Source of the DNA: Paraphysomonas bandaiensis
Taxonomy: Eukaryota > Protista > Chrysophyceae
DNA length: 64,000 nucleotides
Direction of reading: 5' to 3'
Assembly (NCBI GenBank): GCA_965644295.1
Contig: CBFFRP010000348.1
Coordinates: 1-64,000, forward strand
Shown here: positions 47,681-61,612 of the stretch, piece by piece
How positions within the stretch are numbered: the first letter of the stretch is position 1
Layout: each line of letters begins with the position of its first letter
Notes under the pieces: generated by a model
What the model was told of the DNA's origin: nothing
Database searches by the model: none
The model's input: only the letters and a program-made list of their open reading frames with translations
Translations under genes and position numbers: made by a program

Positions 47681-48090
47681 TGTTTAACGCCTGCTCGACA
47701 TGTCCACCGCTACACTGCACTGCTGTACATGCGCAGCATATACATACATCTACTGCTGTAGACACAGTACATGTGTGTGTGGTTGTGACGTGCCAGTATA
47801 CCGGTATACCGTATAGTATACCACTGTACGGGGATGTATGTACACCTCCTGTACACTACCTTGTATACAGGAATACGTGTAATACTGTGATGAAATACGC
47901 AGCTTCAGAGAACCCACATGAACAGGGCAGGAATACAGCGTGAGTACAGTGCGTGGCATACATATATATATACGAGTGCATGTACAGGGAGCTGCAGTGT
48001 GCTCATAGCTCAGTTCTCAGTGTATGTATAGAGGCACATAGACATACAGCAGCACCTGACACCCCCCTTGATCTATCCCCTCAAATCTCC

Positions 48091-49971
48091 TATGGATATC
48101 AGCATAGCAGATGATGAGTACGATGACATGGCCCCAGAGGAGCGCAGGCGATGGAATATCGAGAGAAATAATCAGTATCTGAGCAGCTTATTCAGCCCTG
48201 GCGAGAGAGGACTATTGAGCGTACAGGAGACATCATCACTACCTTCTTCTCGAGTCATCGATCACATACAGGTAGAAGATAAGCCCTCAGAACTGTTCAG
48301 GAAGATTTCTAGTGATGTTCCCTCTCGTCATAGTGAGCTGCTCCGTATTCTGGAGTACTTAGAGAAGGTACGTGTACAGTGTATAATGCATAGGGCAGTC
48401 ATGCTTACCACTCAATGGATACGCAGGGGTTCTTTCCTGCTCCTGCATTAACTGTGTATGGTCCTGCTGGAAGTGGAAAGACGTTTTTGTGTGATATATG
48501 TTTACAGTCGGTGTTGTCTTCGCCTGTTGTTTCAGTAAATTGCAGAGAATATTCTTCTCAGCGTAACGTATGTAGTTTCTCTGTGTATATTTTTGTGACA
48601 ATTATATACAGTTGGTGAGCGATATTTGGGAAAAGTCTATTCGAGCCATTAACTCATTTAACACACGATGCTTTGACTACACTCCGTCAGCTAGTCTGGG
48701 TAAGGAAAAAGGTGCAGCTTATTTTAGCGATATGACTGGACGTCTTCACACCATATTGGAGCTGCAGCGTTGCTTTTTTTCCAAGGTCGAAGCATGTACG
48801 AAGATTCCGGGATTAATTTTACTGTTGGACCATATTGATTGCATAGACGAGCTTGAGGCGGGACTCACGCACAGACTGCTTCGTTTGCGCGATGTAAGTT
48901 GTGCTACTGTGCCCAGTTACCTTTCATCTTATGTATCGATGTCGTAGCTATGTCACCCAATGTTAAAAGTTATTGCCACTTGCCGGAGTCCTCCTCGCCT
49001 TGGCGATATTAGCTGTCTGTTACTGCGGTTTGGTGCCTACACAGATTCCGACTTCATGCCAATCTTAACGCACCGGTTTGGAAGTGCGCACATGGCAGCA
49101 ACGGACTCTGAAAAGGAAGAGTTTACAGGACTGGTTCGCCAGTGTCTGCCTGGCACATTGTTACGTACAAGATGCGTGGAGGAAGTTTGGGCTGTGCTAT
49201 CTGCGGTATGGGAGAGGCGGAGTAGGGCGCAGACACAACCAGAAGCTGAACTGCGGACTGTTCTGTCCCAACCAGCGCCTCACATGATCGCTCCCATTGC
49301 TGGGCAGAAGAGGGATAGAAACACAGCTATTGCACGATTAGATGATGCTACATGTATGCAATATATTTTCCTTGCTTCGTGGCTGGTTAATGGTTGTCGC
49401 GCAGTATTGACCAAGGACTGGTACGTAGACATACCACATAGGAGAAAAGTTGTTTTGCTGGCGGCTTTCCTTGCCTCCCGAAACCCACAGGAAACCGACC
49501 GGACCACTTTTGGGACAGCCCTCAAGGGTCGCCGAAAGAAAGTAAGGGCCGGAGGAGGGGACGAAGGACGAGGAAGTGATATATACGAGCAAAAGCTTCT
49601 GCCTCGTACCTTCGGTTTGGAGCGCTTGCTGGCAATATATAGACAAATTTTGCCAGCAACACAACAACATGAATCAATGGGTGAAATTATTGGCACAGAA
49701 GATACGGAGGAGTGTGATATGCTAACTTATGCTACGGTACGCATGTGTATAGTAGTAGAGCTTCTGGTGATTAATTATGTTATTACATGAGCAGATTAAT
49801 TCATTAATTAGATCGAGATTTCTAGTCTCTCGAGCACCAGGTGCTGGACACAGGGCAGGCTGTGGAGATAGCAATACACCTTTGTTATTCTTGTGTACTC
49901 TACAAGCGGAGTGTGCGGAAGTGTTGGCTAGAAGTATATCGTTTCCTCTTCGAGATTACTTATGTACGTAA
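48091..49971 (+). CDS. ORC5: Origin recognition complex subunit 5, multi-exon
   Basis: Walker A VYGPAGSGKT, VNCRE and LLLDHID; ORC5 C-terminal motifs LLAAFLASRNP..TD..TF and PRTFGLERLLAIY. Confidence 0.85.
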
Positions 49972-50740
49972 ATATGTGGATTATCTAAAGTGTATATGGT
50001 CCTTGTGGCGATTTCATGTCTTGGTATACAATAAAGGTAGAGAGAGTTACATCTTCCTTGTTTTAAGTTAGCAGTGAAAATAAATAGCATGTAAATAGCG
50101 AAGCTCAAAGTCTGCAAACTTGTTTTGATGTTATTGCAACTTACATTCTGATTTGCGCATATATAAGGAAAATATATGTTATGATTATTAAGAGTAAGTA
50201 CAGTTGTAATTTTAGCAAAACAACCCACCAAAGTTTTTTGATATCCATGTAACGATTACTGATTCGCTTTCACGTCTGAATCGTCGCACTACTATGCTGA
50301 GAATTTCCGAAATAGACTTTTTGAAAGGATAGTCACAAGTCACAGTATTGGAGAAACGAGAAACAGTCTTGGAGGGACCGATGATAGACAGAATGACTGC
50401 GTTATATTGAAGGAATGATTTCACATTGCGTTTAATGAATAATAAAGTTTTCAACACTTTTCTGTATTCTGTATGTAAAGGTTGGAGTGTACAAACACCT
50501 TAAAATCCAGCTTTTAGATTGCTGGCAAATTGCAAAACTCAACAGGGAAGCATTTTGGCTATGATTATTCGTTTTACAACTTGCTTGCCTCTGACAGTTG
50601 ATGTAGTAATGAGTGTACTATTAATATACTAGATCGCTCGCTGGCTATTGACATTTACTTGATGTGATTTTATCTATACTTACTATAATTTTTCTCCAGT
50701 CGAAACTATTGACAGCTATTGCTGGTATACATTCTGAGCA

Positions 50741-52434
50741 TTATGATGTTATATCTTTTTCCCAGTCGTACTGTGGATTAAAAGGCATTTTATCTAATTC
50801 ATGAGCTGTCAGAGGGCGACGAGCTCGTCTTCTGACATTCGTGCCAACTACGCTACCATCAGGCACTGCGTCGCTGCTAGCATTGCCTTCGGAGGACAGG
50901 TTCATATCCGGGGCACTAGTTTCTAACAAGGTATGGAACTGCTCGTAAGCAGCTGTTGGATCGTCTTTATGCATCAAAAAGTATCCTTGGAGCTCCGCCA
51001 TACTGAGCTTCTGTTTTTCCTGAAGTTATGTGAGACACATGAGTCCTCAACTTAAGGTAACGTCACACCTGTGCCCTTGCAACAAACTTCTCAGTGAGTT
51101 CTGATGTCGCATCGGGGTAGAATGTAGAGAACATCTTGCGGATCTATAATTTCAAAGTGGTGAGTAGTCAACTATAGTAAAGTGAATATGAACCACCTGA
51201 TGAGGTGTGGCATCGTCGATTAGCTGCGCCACATCTACACGCCCAGGCCGGATGAGAGCCGAGTCCAGTCGATCTACATAGTTCGTGGTCATGAATATCA
51301 GCCGCTCCTCACTGGAAACCGCTCCGTCAAGAATATTTAATAGTCCGCTGAAAGTAACTTCGCTATTTCCGCCTCCGTAAGTTGCTGCCGGGCCACTGAG
51401 GCCAGTAAACCCCCCTCTCGTATCGGCGTGAGATCTTTTCGTATGTGGGAAGGCAACATCCACGTCCTCCAGAAGCACTATACACTGCAGAAATCACACA
51501 CAGAGTTAATATACTAGTTTATTATGATGACGTGCGGCACAGAGCATAGTACCTGCGGTGGAACTGAACTAAGGGCAACTGCGAGCCGGTCGTCAGTTAG
51601 GCCACGCTCGGCAAGGTTGAGCACGCATATGTTGTACCCCATCTTTCCAGCTAGAGCCATAATGAAGCTAGTCTTACCGGACCCCGGAGGACCGTAGAGT
51701 AGATATCCACGTCTATATGGTATACCACGATCCATGTACCATTGAGACGAATTCCGCCACTCGCAAACATCGCGGTAAATCTTTTCTGCTACCCCGGTGT
51801 CTAAAATAACAGAATCAAGAGACCTGCGTGGCCGTGGCTGCCCGAATGGACGCCATTCCGTTCCCCAGTTTGTGAATACAATGGTTTTACCCTCTTCCCG
51901 CCTGGTGGCCAATTCGTATGACTCTCGCAGTATTGACTCGAACACGTCAGTGTTGCGACCAAAGCCCAGAAATTGCACTTTCTCCCACGGTTTACCAGTA
52001 TTGAGATCAACCATCTGCTGCTCGCGCAACCTTTGTACACCCAAGAAGTGATTATTATAAAATAAAAAGTGAAATCCAGGTCCCGGAACGAACCCAAACA
52101 TGGTGTCTACAGTGCCACTGCTGGTTGACTTGAGAGTCGTCTCGACGCTGAGGTGCTGAGTCCTCATTCCTCGAGCTGAGAGCCAGTGCAGGACCCATGG
52201 ATACGCGCGATCCTTACTAGTGACCTCAAGAGTAATCATGAGATTCTTCCTGGCAATGTTGACCACTGCACTGGAGCCCATGCGGAGGAACTGAGCCCCT
52301 GCAGCCAATAGAGCCAGACCCATTCCCCCGCTGAACACCGCATTGTCCGGAGACATCAAACGGGATATGTCGAAGTCTTTTAGACTAGACATCGAGCCTC
52401 CAGAAGCAGCTGTGTCTATGTTAGACTTCTCCAT
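50741..52434 (-). CDS. BCS1: Mitochondrial chaperone BCS1 (AAA ATPase), multi-exon
   Basis: [81 protein letters not shown] and ALIRPGRVD. Confidence 0.95.
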
Positions 52435-52648
52435 ATCGGCTGTGTTTAAGTATGTATGAACCAGACAACATCCCAGAACAATACCTCCACCCCACACACA
52501 CTATACAGCCACTATACGCACTGCTGTATACCACAGCAGTACTGTATATGATGATATCCATGGCAAAAAAATCGCCTGTTTTCGTATACATATTGATCAT
52601 CAAAAAACAGTTTACAGCTATAAACCTGGTTTTTTCCACCGATGCATG

Positions 52649-52876
52649 CACATACATACATACATACATACATACATACATACATACATACATACATACA
52701 TACATACATACATACATACATACATACATACATACATACATACATACATACATACATACATACATACATACATACATACATACATACATACATACATACA
52801 TACATACATACATACATACATACATACATACATACATACATACATACATACATACATACATACATACATACATACA
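52649..52876. repeat. (ATAC)n microsatellite
   Basis: Seen directly. Confidence 0.98.
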
Positions 52877-52926
52877 CCAGCTGTGGAGGTATCTCTATAT
52901 TGGTTAGGAGTGGTATTGTATTGCAG

Positions 52927-54055
52927 GGAAGACAGTGGTGGCCCTATCCGGCCATATCTTCGTCCAATACTAGACCAATGGATACCCGACAACTACGTGT
53001 GCATGGCCAGCGTATGAGTGTGAGTAACTGTTCAACGGATGTGATGTGCTGTTATATGGCCCGGCTCAGTATATGTCAGAGAGCGGTGGAGTGGAGAGTC
53101 ATTATCGATGACACTAACAAGTTGTTTGATGTGATTCCTGTAGTCTCTAGCTTTGAATCTGTCAGCTATGATCCATACGATGCGATGGATAGAGTTCTCA
53201 CTGTGCCATATGAGCCTGATAACAACATACAGTTAGTGATTAGCATTCTCGATGTTCTTGTAGACTCCTTTCTATCTGCACAGGCTGATAAGGTTTCTTC
53301 GTTGTCAAAGAGCAACCGGTACATGCCATAGTTTTGATGTATATTGTGTTTTGATGTATTTTCGTATTAATCACAGGTCTGAATTCTTTTTCAGCATGCT
53401 TGAGACTATTCCGAATGTTTCTTTTTTGGTACTGAGTGGAGATTCAGAGGTTTTAGTACAGTTCCCACTGCTGGATAAGTCAAGAATGGAGTTTTCTGAC
53501 ATGGAGTACTTGGTGGATGTTACGAGCGAAGATCCAATTGAAATATTGCTATCCTCATCTAGCGTGTCTGCAGAGCAGAGTTTTGACAAGAGCCCGCATC
53601 TCATTTTCCCATCCTCCATGCCTTGCTCAAAGGACATCCAACTTCCACGGTGGACAAGAGAGACCATGTTATTTGACTACATATCCGCTGTTGAGAGCTC
53701 ACTCGGAGAGCAATGGCTAAGGCGGAAGAGGTATATCCAGGAGATGCAGAAAATTGCCGCCGTTGTGGAATTTGACCCAGTTGACTTTTCCTATATCAGC
53801 ATAGCACTCCGGCTTTCTCGTAACAAGTTGGTTGTTCTTTGCACTGTGGACTTCAAACTGCCGCCGAATTTTCCACAGTATGCAACAGAGGCACAAGTTC
53901 ATGATCTTCAACACAACTGCACTTACACTCTCCAGGAAAGCTCCGCTAAAATTTCTTCTGGAAAGCATTGTAACTGGACTCCGGAAATGTTTGCAATGGA
54001 GAATTATATTCATATATGTGATCAAATTTTTGAAATTGCTTTTCCAGAAAAGTAG
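52927..54055 (+). CDS. BABAM2: BRE/BABAM2 (BRCC45)-like protein, multi-exon; 5' end uncertain
   Basis: VEWRVI; IQLPRW...LFDYI; RRKRYI...VVEFDPVDF; FKLPPNFP; NWTPEMFA. This resembles the BRE UEV-like repeats. Confidence 0.6.
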
Positions 54056-54178
54056 CGTTTTCCTGTATAATTTGTATAAATAATTAATGTTCATGTCTTT
54101 CATCACTATTTCTTAGTTATTAGATTTTAAATGTGTAAATTCTACAAGATATTTACTTCGGTAATACGGCTACTATCT

Positions 54179-54372
54179 AATTTGAACCTAAATCGGTGGG
54201 CACTATACCAGGGTTCGGTAACAATATATTGCAATTCTATTGTTAGATAGCGCTCCATCAATACTAATGATGGAGGTTTTTGAACTTTGGAACCGGCCCA
54301 ACAATACTACATACTATTGCTATATATTGTAACAGAACCTTGGTATAGTGCACCCCAATTTAGGTTCAAATT
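54179..54372. mobile_element. hAT-derived MITE (54209-54342) inside an outer inverted repeat of about 30 bp
   Basis: cagggttcggtaacaatatattgcaattctattgttagatagcgctccatcaatactaatgatgg...aaccggccc matches the reverse complement of the right end of the 36937-38575 hAT. Outer arms are aatttgaacctaaat...cactatac / gtatagtg...atttaggttcaaatt. Confidence 0.8.
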
Positions 54373-54656
54373 GGGTAGTTGTACTATACCATATCGACAG
54401 TGAATTCGTTGCACATCCTTTTCTATTTTCTAACTATTGCCAATATTACATCACGTGGACACAAGGCAGTATACGGACAAGTATTATTGCAATAAAATTC
54501 TTAATTGTCCGATATGGTTTCACCTATCGAATTATCTTTACACAGCGTTAGAACAAAGTCAATCCTAGTCAATCAACCATTCGTGTAGCAATTCATAAAC
54601 AAATAATTATTAATAAATAATTACACACTATATGCAAACAGTTGGATTAAAGTGCA

Positions 54657-57600
54657 TCAGCTTTCATATGATGAATATGAAGCACCAAAGGTCTGATCGT
54701 AACTAGTTCCACCGTAATCACTGGCATCGTAATTGCTTACCCAGGTGCCAGACTGATCATAATACCCCGCAGTTTGATCGTAGTAACTGGAGTCGTTGGT
54801 GTAACTCGTCTGGACTAGCGAGTTCTCATATGTATTATCAAAAGTACTATCTAATGTAACACCTCCTTCAATTTCAAGCGTTTCATTTCCATGCTCCACT
54901 TGTTGCAGCTCCGGTGGAGGATCGTACGTTGCCTCAAAGGTCTTTCTATTGAAGAAGAAAGACGAACCTCCGTCCTTGACATAGGTGTCGTAGTTCGGAT
55001 CTTCATCACGGGATGTGAAATAGTGTTCCCAATCACCGTATACGGCTACTGGCTCACGAATGGGAGCAACGCGCAGCATCCAACCTTGTACATCATCTTG
55101 CTGGACTTCAGACGGCCACTTGCATGGGTAGTTCCCGTCGCCATAATCAATTCTTTTACCGTAATAATCAAAAAGTGCCCGGAACTCATGATCTTTCCTT
55201 CGTCCACCAGAGTGAATAACACCCCAACACTTGTGACAAAAAAATTCATTGCATACACCACATTCCACACCTGCCTCGAATCTCTGGCAATTATCGCATG
55301 TTGGACGCGGGATTAAGTCGAGAAGGTCTTGAGGCATTCTCCATCTAATTTCACCAGTAAGCTTGTTATAAAAGAAGCGCTTCCCAGAGTCTTCATCCAT
55401 CAACTCCTTCCATTTACCTTTCTTCTCTCGCAGCTTCTGGTCAAAGTACAGGCGACCCCTAATCCCCCTGTAAAGTGCCTGTATTTTGATTGCAGAGAAA
55501 TATTCCGTTTGTACTCGTAACCGGATGGACTCATCCCGCTGAAACATCAATTCCTTCAATAAAATACGAGCTTCCCGAGCGCGCCAATGCTTCGAAAACA
55601 CTGTCGCCGCAGCTGACCTGCGGAGAAATTCCAGTCGTCGTCGTTCTTTGATTCTTGAAACCACAAGCATGGCCTTCTTAACTCGCCATCTGTTTTGAAT
55701 TACTCTTGAACAGTGATCCTCTTGAGCTTCCTGGCGCAATAGAAGCATTTCCATGTATTCTAACCGCGCCAATTTCCCACGAATTGCCGCTTGAAGCCTT
55801 ATCGCACCTCTCACCCGGCGCTGTTTTACTGTCACTGCGGCATTGAGCACACATTTTGTCTGCACAGATCGAAACAGTCTTTGAATTTTAATCGCTGACT
55901 TCACACGAGTCTCGTGTACGGTCGCAAGATGTTCCCTAAGATAATACACCAAATTTCGAGCGACGTATCCCCTATAGCAGCGCTGAATATTGATGGCTTT
56001 TTTGCGACGAACACGAGTTTGAGCCAAGATATGCTCTCTAAGATTCCTCATTGTTTTTTTGCACTGGAACATCTTTGCCATGTTCTGAAGCACCCTTATC
56101 GCCCATCGCCGCTTGCGAATCATTTCTAAAAACGCCTTTTGCATTCGTAGAACAGTTTTCTTAGTTCTATAATTTCGGTATGCAACTTGAATAATGATAG
56201 CTTTCTTTGTACGGAACATAAACACTCTTTTCTCCCGGCGCTCTCTAACTCGTCGCTTTGCAACAGCTACTCGCATTATACTCACAATTTTAATGGCGCA
56301 CCAACTAAGCTTCTTTTGCTCCTCGCGTAGTCTGAACATTTCTTTTTTTGCGCGGAATATCCTCATCGCCTTTTGCACAAGAAGTGCAGACCTAAAAAAT
56401 TTCATCATCTCCTTTATATGCTCGACACGCCGCGTGGCTATCATCTTTCGTGTGAATGCCTGTATACAGCGCACTCCATATTGCACACGATAGTAGTCAT
56501 TCATCAATATACGATCTTTCAGTCTAGACTTTGGCCAGAATCCTGCAAAGTTAGGATTGAATATCATATCACTGTAGGGAAAGCTATCCTTGACGGCACG
56601 ACACGCCTGTCGAGTAATGCCAGTACCTTTGAAACATAAAATTTGCAGGTTCGTGCATCCCGTGGCGATCCACGCTAGAGAAGTGTCTGTTATAGTTGGA
56701 ATATCAAGCAAATAGAAAGCTCTGAGTTTAGGAACTTTATCTACTTCACAGAGTGACAAAATAGACGAATCTACAAGAGAGCGACATCCAGAAATATCTA
56801 ACTTATCCAAGTTTTCACAAGTAGCTATAGCCTTTATCGCCCCACCTCTGACATTGTCACACCGGGCAATTTCAATGGTATGCAACAGAGTACAGTTTGT
56901 CGCAAATGCTTGTATAGCCATAGTGTTGACACTGGGTCCACAGTCCGATAAATTAATCTCCTCTAAGAGCACGCATCCCTCCGCCACAGCGACAAGAGAA
57001 GCCGTTTCCACTTGATTGCAACCCACCATGGTAAGTTTCTTCAAATTCTTAAGACCTTTCGCCAAATTTTTCCTAAGTACTATATTCAGACGAAAGCAGC
57101 CTGAGACATCAAGACTCGTAAGATTGGGACACTTTTTCGACAATGCAGCTACCCCAATGGCTACTTTCCAGGGCTCATCCTCTTCATTGGACGAGGACGA
57201 AGTTTTCTTCCGTTTTCCGATGGATTTATTCGATATAGGGGTGAGTCTGGGATCAGCGAGGAGGTAGAGCCCATTACAAACGAGCTGCTTCAGTTGGGGA
57301 CACCCAGCCGATATAGAAGACACGCCTACGTCTGAGACATACTTGGCATTAGATACAATCAGTGTCTGCAAGGTGTTGCAAGCAGTTCCAATACTGCGCA
57401 GTCCAGCATCTGTGATCTGATAAAGAATGAATCAGCACAAGGTACATTACAGTACAGTGATCAACCTTTACGCAACCCCCTAAGTCCAGCACCTCCAGAG
57501 CACGGCATCCTATTGACAGCCAGTTCAAACCAACGTCAGATATATTATCGCAACCATTCACACGAAGTTCTCGTAAAGCCAAAGACCGCTCGCCTAGAGC

Positions 57601-58407
57601 TAAAAGAGAAACATCAGTTATTCTGGTAGTCATCTGCTTTCGGCTAACATCCAAGTGCTCTAAATCAAAGCAATGCTGTGAAAGAGCCAGTACACCAGTA
57701 TCTGATACATTGATAGCCTCCACAGCAATAAAAGACATCAGGTGTGGGTTACTCTGGGCTAATACTCGCACTTCTTCATCCCCGACGCACGTTAAGTGCG
57801 ATACGCGAACTTCTTCCAACTTGTGGCACCCTTCAAACAGCTTGTGGATGCCCCAGCGCTGAAGCTTGCGACACTGCGAAATGTCTACGTCCGAGAGCAG
57901 CGGGCAACACTCCGCGATAGATATAAAACCACCTCCCTCAATGTTGTGACACGCGGACATGTGAAGACATTTTAAAAGGCTACAGTGCAAACCAATCTCT
58001 CGAATACCAGCATCTCCAATAGTTACGCAGCCAGACATTTTCAATTCTGTTAGGGTGCGGCAGTTTCTCGCAATACATGCAAGGCCATAATCTGTCACAT
58101 CTTTAGCGCCACTGATGTTGAGGGAAACTATTCCAGTAGACGGACGTCTTTCCCAAAACGTATAAAACATTTCCTTTAGAGATGGTTTGGTACTATCCAA
58201 ATAGTTGTGCTCTGGATTCTTCTTTGCGAATTGTGCCATGACTTCCATCTTTTTATCAGTTAGAGCCATACTCCAGCGGCTCAAATCAATCACTTCACCA
58301 GCTAGAAGCTCATTAGGAACTTGAGTGAACTTAACAACACCAAGCTGACTTGATTTGATGGCTTTCATAACAGCCGCAGATAGTTTGGATGTGTCGTCGT
58401 TGATCAT
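54657..58407 (-). CDS. Cys-containing LRR (FBXL/AMN1-type) + IQ array + WW + B-box + WW protein, 2 exons
   Basis: Many LxxLxLSGCxxITDxG repeats; IQRCYRGYVAR-type IQ motifs; WW domain WKELMDEDSGKRFFYNKLTGEIRW; B-box CDNC...CGVCNEFFCHKCWGVIH...DH; a second WW-like domain. Intron at about 57417-57466. Confidence 0.85.
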
Positions 58408-59958
58408 GACTGTGTGTTAGTACGATACGACTGCAGGACACTAATACTTATGATTATACAGACATCTCTCGCTCACATATGAGCCCATATGTATACATAG
58501 TCTAACAGAGGGTTACTTTATACTTCATAGACTCCCATATAGAGTTTAATGACAGTGGCAGGGACACTCATACACTCTAACTGAGTGAGTGAGACATTTC
58601 GTAACAGATACATACATATACATACATATACATACATATGCTAATCCCGTATAGCGTACAGCGTATAGCCTATACACATACACAGCAACCCGTATAGCGT
58701 ATACTGTATACTGTACTGTATACCGTATAGCGTAAATACGATGCAATGGAGAAAAAAACGGTCTGTCGTAGGAGGGATCCCGTTTAACCCAACAGCCTGA
58801 CAGTGGAGCGAGGCATGCATGATATCGTCCTCATATCATCACAGCACACACTGCTATACATACATACCATCACACTCGCATTACTGTGATATAAGTGGAT
58901 GATAAGAACCATAGCTCCCATGACATGTTATGGGAAGTATAATAGATGTTTCATAGTAACTACATAATCCAGATATACAGCCAAGATGTGCATATCTAAA
59001 GTTGCCTTGTATTTCACTAAATTTTCTATACTTCAGGGTCACTGGGTTGTTTTCAATTCTTCCAAGGCAGGGTTATATGTTAGCGTATGGTACGGAGCAC
59101 TGAATAATATGCATTTTTAGTTAATTCTGGCAGCAGATAGCCTCCTGGGTTGAACATATCCTGATAGCATGATATCTGGTTTCGAGTATAACCTCAGTAT
59201 AATAGCCCCATTCTCACAGTGTGACCACAGTGTAGTGAACGCACTTGTGATATATGTAGATGGTAGATGATATTACTATATGCTTAGTAAACCTGCCCAA
59301 ATAAGAAGATTGCTGAGGTAAAAAGAAAGCGACAATACCGACGACTGGCTGAAACCGAGAGAGCAGCAACTAGAAAGAAGCCAAGAGATTTTGATGATGA
59401 CCTCTCAGTGGCCGAAAGAGATTTTGATGTTTCAAAAATTAGTGACTTGATTGAAATTTAAAAAATTAGTAAAGTAAATAATGTGCGATTTGAAGTCTGC
59501 TCTAAAGGCATGGTCCATAGATGCCTTGCAAGACTCAGTCCCCAAAATGCGCAAAACAATAAAGATCTGTACTTCGCTTATTGCTTAGTTTACTCAGTAC
59601 TAGCACAACATGAAACATGAGCATAATAGCCTTATAGCCTTTGTTGTGACAATTACCAATAAATTCTCCTGTTTAGACTATAAAAGCATAGTTCTACAAA
59701 GTACTAGTAGGACTAACGTAATAGTATGGTATCCCAATAATGTTGAAAGTAGAGAAAATCTGAAAGCAGAAAAATGAGAAAACTACATAATGTTCGTTGT
59801 GTACGAGAGAAACAGAATATTCGCCACATTGTTTGCACTATCATGTTCAATACATCATATGATAATAATTAATTTCGCAAACTATACACTACTAAATTCA
59901 GCGACAAAGCAACAAAGTAAGAATGCAGTTTTGTCCATGTACAGAACTAGTCAGAGTT

Positions 59959-61060
59959 CTATCGAACAGCTTTGAGAAAAGTCCGAAGGCCTAAAACAAA
60001 CACAGTCCCTGAGAATAGCCTCTTCAACTGGAGATCATCTATATGATCGGTAAGTTTAGCACCGATATATGAACCTGGATTAACATAGATTCAGGTTTTC
60101 AACAATGAAGTAGCAGTAAACAGACCTATTACACACCCAGCGCTGAGCGGCAACGCATAGGGAATTAGCATAGTGCCCTGTAAAAAATGCATAGTCGCAC
60201 CCGATACTGTGGTTGGTATCATTACTAAAAATATAAGACTCATCCAAAAGATAATGCAGTAAGATTGTTTTCTTACCCGCCAAGGATGTTCCGAGAGCCA
60301 TCTTGTAGTCGAAGTCCATTGCAAGTACAAGAGACGGAACTACCACAGCTCCACCGCCAACCCCGAAAAGACCAGCCAAGAAACCGGACATAACTCCGAT
60401 AGTAGATAGTTTACTTACGTACCAGGCATCAAAACTATCAGCATCAAGCTGGTGTGGGTCATGTGATGTGTCCGAAGTGACGGACGCCACAGATGGAGGT
60501 ACTTTCTTCTCATTGATAGATTTTAACGACTCTCGAGCCAAAACTGTGGGAGCAACACACATCATGAGCACACCTTGAGCACGACGAATTACTTTGTCTT
60601 TTAATGACTTTGACACTTTCGCACCCACAATTGCAAAGGCAGCAGATGTTGCGACGATGCAGAGAGAAGCCAGAATATTGATATCTCCCATCTCCACGGG
60701 GATAGTTCCAAATATTTTTTTATCAGAAGTATTCTTGATATCACTCTGATTTGCTACTGTTTTGGTCCCATATGCATAGGAAGCGCCCATGCTAGTAGCG
60801 AGAACTGCAGCCATAGACGTACCGATTGCATGATGAGCACTCAGACCAATGGGTCCACTTAATATTGGCAGCATTACGAAAGCTCCTCCGAGACCTACAA
60901 GACTTCCAAATGTTCCTGCTCCCAATCCGGTACAAAACACTGCAGCTCTCCTCGTCATGGTGATGGGTGCACTCGTAGCTGCAGTGGTGCTCAACGCAAG
61001 TGACTTATGTGCACTATATTTAATTAACTGTCTAGAATATAATACTCTCATACTCTGCAT
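59959..61060 (-). CDS. TauE/SafE (sulfite exporter) family membrane protein, 3 exons
   Basis: Duplicated motifs GSLVGLGGAFVMLP...AIGTSMA and AGLFGVGGGAVVVP...ALGTSLA. The last exon ends LGLRTFLKAVR*. Confidence 0.88.
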
Positions 61061-61612
61061 CTTGAGCTAACAGTGCAGCATTACAGCCTGTGAGGCTCTG
61101 TGTTTAAATGACAGTGCCGCTCACCTCGTAGAGGGTTCCGTATGTATATACAGCCGTCGTGGTTCAGAAATATCAGGACTAATGACAGGACTCTATTTCA
61201 GATTAATTGGATCAGATTGCAGCATACCACACTATATGGGAGGCGTATAAAGAGTATTCCAGATGTATTTTTGAAATAGAAGGAGTATACTAACCAATCA
61301 TCATGTTGTATTAGAAATGCTTTCCTTATGATTCGTGGATTCGGTCTGTGTGCTACAAAGTGAGCAATGAGGGGTGTCGAATTGTCGGCTGGGAGAGCGC
61401 GTGAGCTGACCCACATACAGTAACAGTGTACAGCACCTGTGCAGGCATATATATACAGCTCGACATCTGATTCTATTCCTGTCCTGGTATGACAGTATTG
61501 CTGTCAATCATTACCAGTTATCAGTAGAACTACTGGTTTGCAACACTAGATTTCATTCTTGTACACACTGCTGCAATCTCTGTGCAGACAGTAGAATAGA
61601 CTGTACTCTGCT

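Noticed and set aside
58743-58820. GC-richer patch upstream of the LRR gene as a possible RNA gene
   Set aside because: No cloverleaf, B-box or sn/snoRNA motif could be identified.
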